DNA from: Octopus bimaculoides | Lineage: Eukaryota | Direction of reading: 5' to 3' | DNA: 64,000 nt | NCBI RefSeq assembly: GCF_001194135.2 | Contig: NC_068982.1 | Location: 113,932,283 to 113,996,282, forward strand | Shown: positions 63,680-64,000 of the stretch, piece by piece | How positions within the stretch are numbered: position 1 is the first letter of the stretch | How the letters are laid out: the number at the start of each line of letters is the position of its first letter | The notes under the pieces: model-generated | The model's input: the letters and a program-made list of their open reading frames with translations, nothing else | What the model was told of the DNA's origin: nothing | Databases searched by the model: none | Program-made: the position numbers and the translations under genes

Positions 63680-64000
63680 GCGTGATGTGCTGCTTAACTG
63701 GTCCCCCCTCTCTCTCTCTCTCTTTATATATATATATGATGATGATGATGATCTTTTCTCCCGCCATGCCTCTGTCTACCCCTCCATCCTCTCTCTCTCT
63801 CTCGTAGTTTTTCCTTAAGGTCTTCAGGTTCTGGCTATATATAAATGAGAAACCCATTCTAAATTATCTCGCTGACATACTACGACGAAATCTCCAAGAT
63901 GCAGATAAGATAGAGATTTTTTATTTATTTACGGCCTCAAACATCTCATACCTTCGCGCTTTAGTTTGCCCTCTATTATTTATCTTGTTTCTCTCCATGA
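63680..64000. promoter_or_regulatory. Local CpG enrichment at window end, possible promoter-proximal sequence
   Basis: About 9 CpGs in about 320 bp (e.g. TACGACGAAA, TTCGCGC), against a CpG-poor background. Confidence 0.3.

Overview
AT-rich, repeat-saturated animal DNA with several N gaps. The repeat families and the (TA)n/(CA)n/(ATT)n/(CAT)n load look like an Octopus genome; this is inferred from recognised repeats, not from a search. There is no long intact gene, and most ORFs in the supplied track are microsatellite, gap or antisense-to-transposon artefacts. Supported content: 5'-truncated RTE LINEs and many RTE 3' tails, a CR1-like RT fragment, four R4/Dong-clade fragments, L1/Tx1 3' ends, a Penelope-like (PLE) GIY-YIG fragment, DD37D/maT and mariner remnants, piggyBac-type MITEs and several SINE families. 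A few short putative minus-strand exons with good splice signals exist (9476-10033, including a 21-nt microexon; weaker ones at 58-59.5 kb), but the protein could not be identified. The main discovery is a set of five hammerhead-ribozyme (HHR) folds in different repeat families. One has an intact core (52443-52503, minus). One is fully helical with a non-canonical CCGAUGC core (51321-51383). One lies inside a tRNA-headed SINE (84-130), and two are decayed. Also present are PLE-style inverted ends, a pre-miRNA-like hairpin (50361-50434) in a CpG-retaining zone, and a variable double-hairpin array in the RTE 3' UTR. All alignments, folds and counts were done by eye and most repeat boundaries are approximate.
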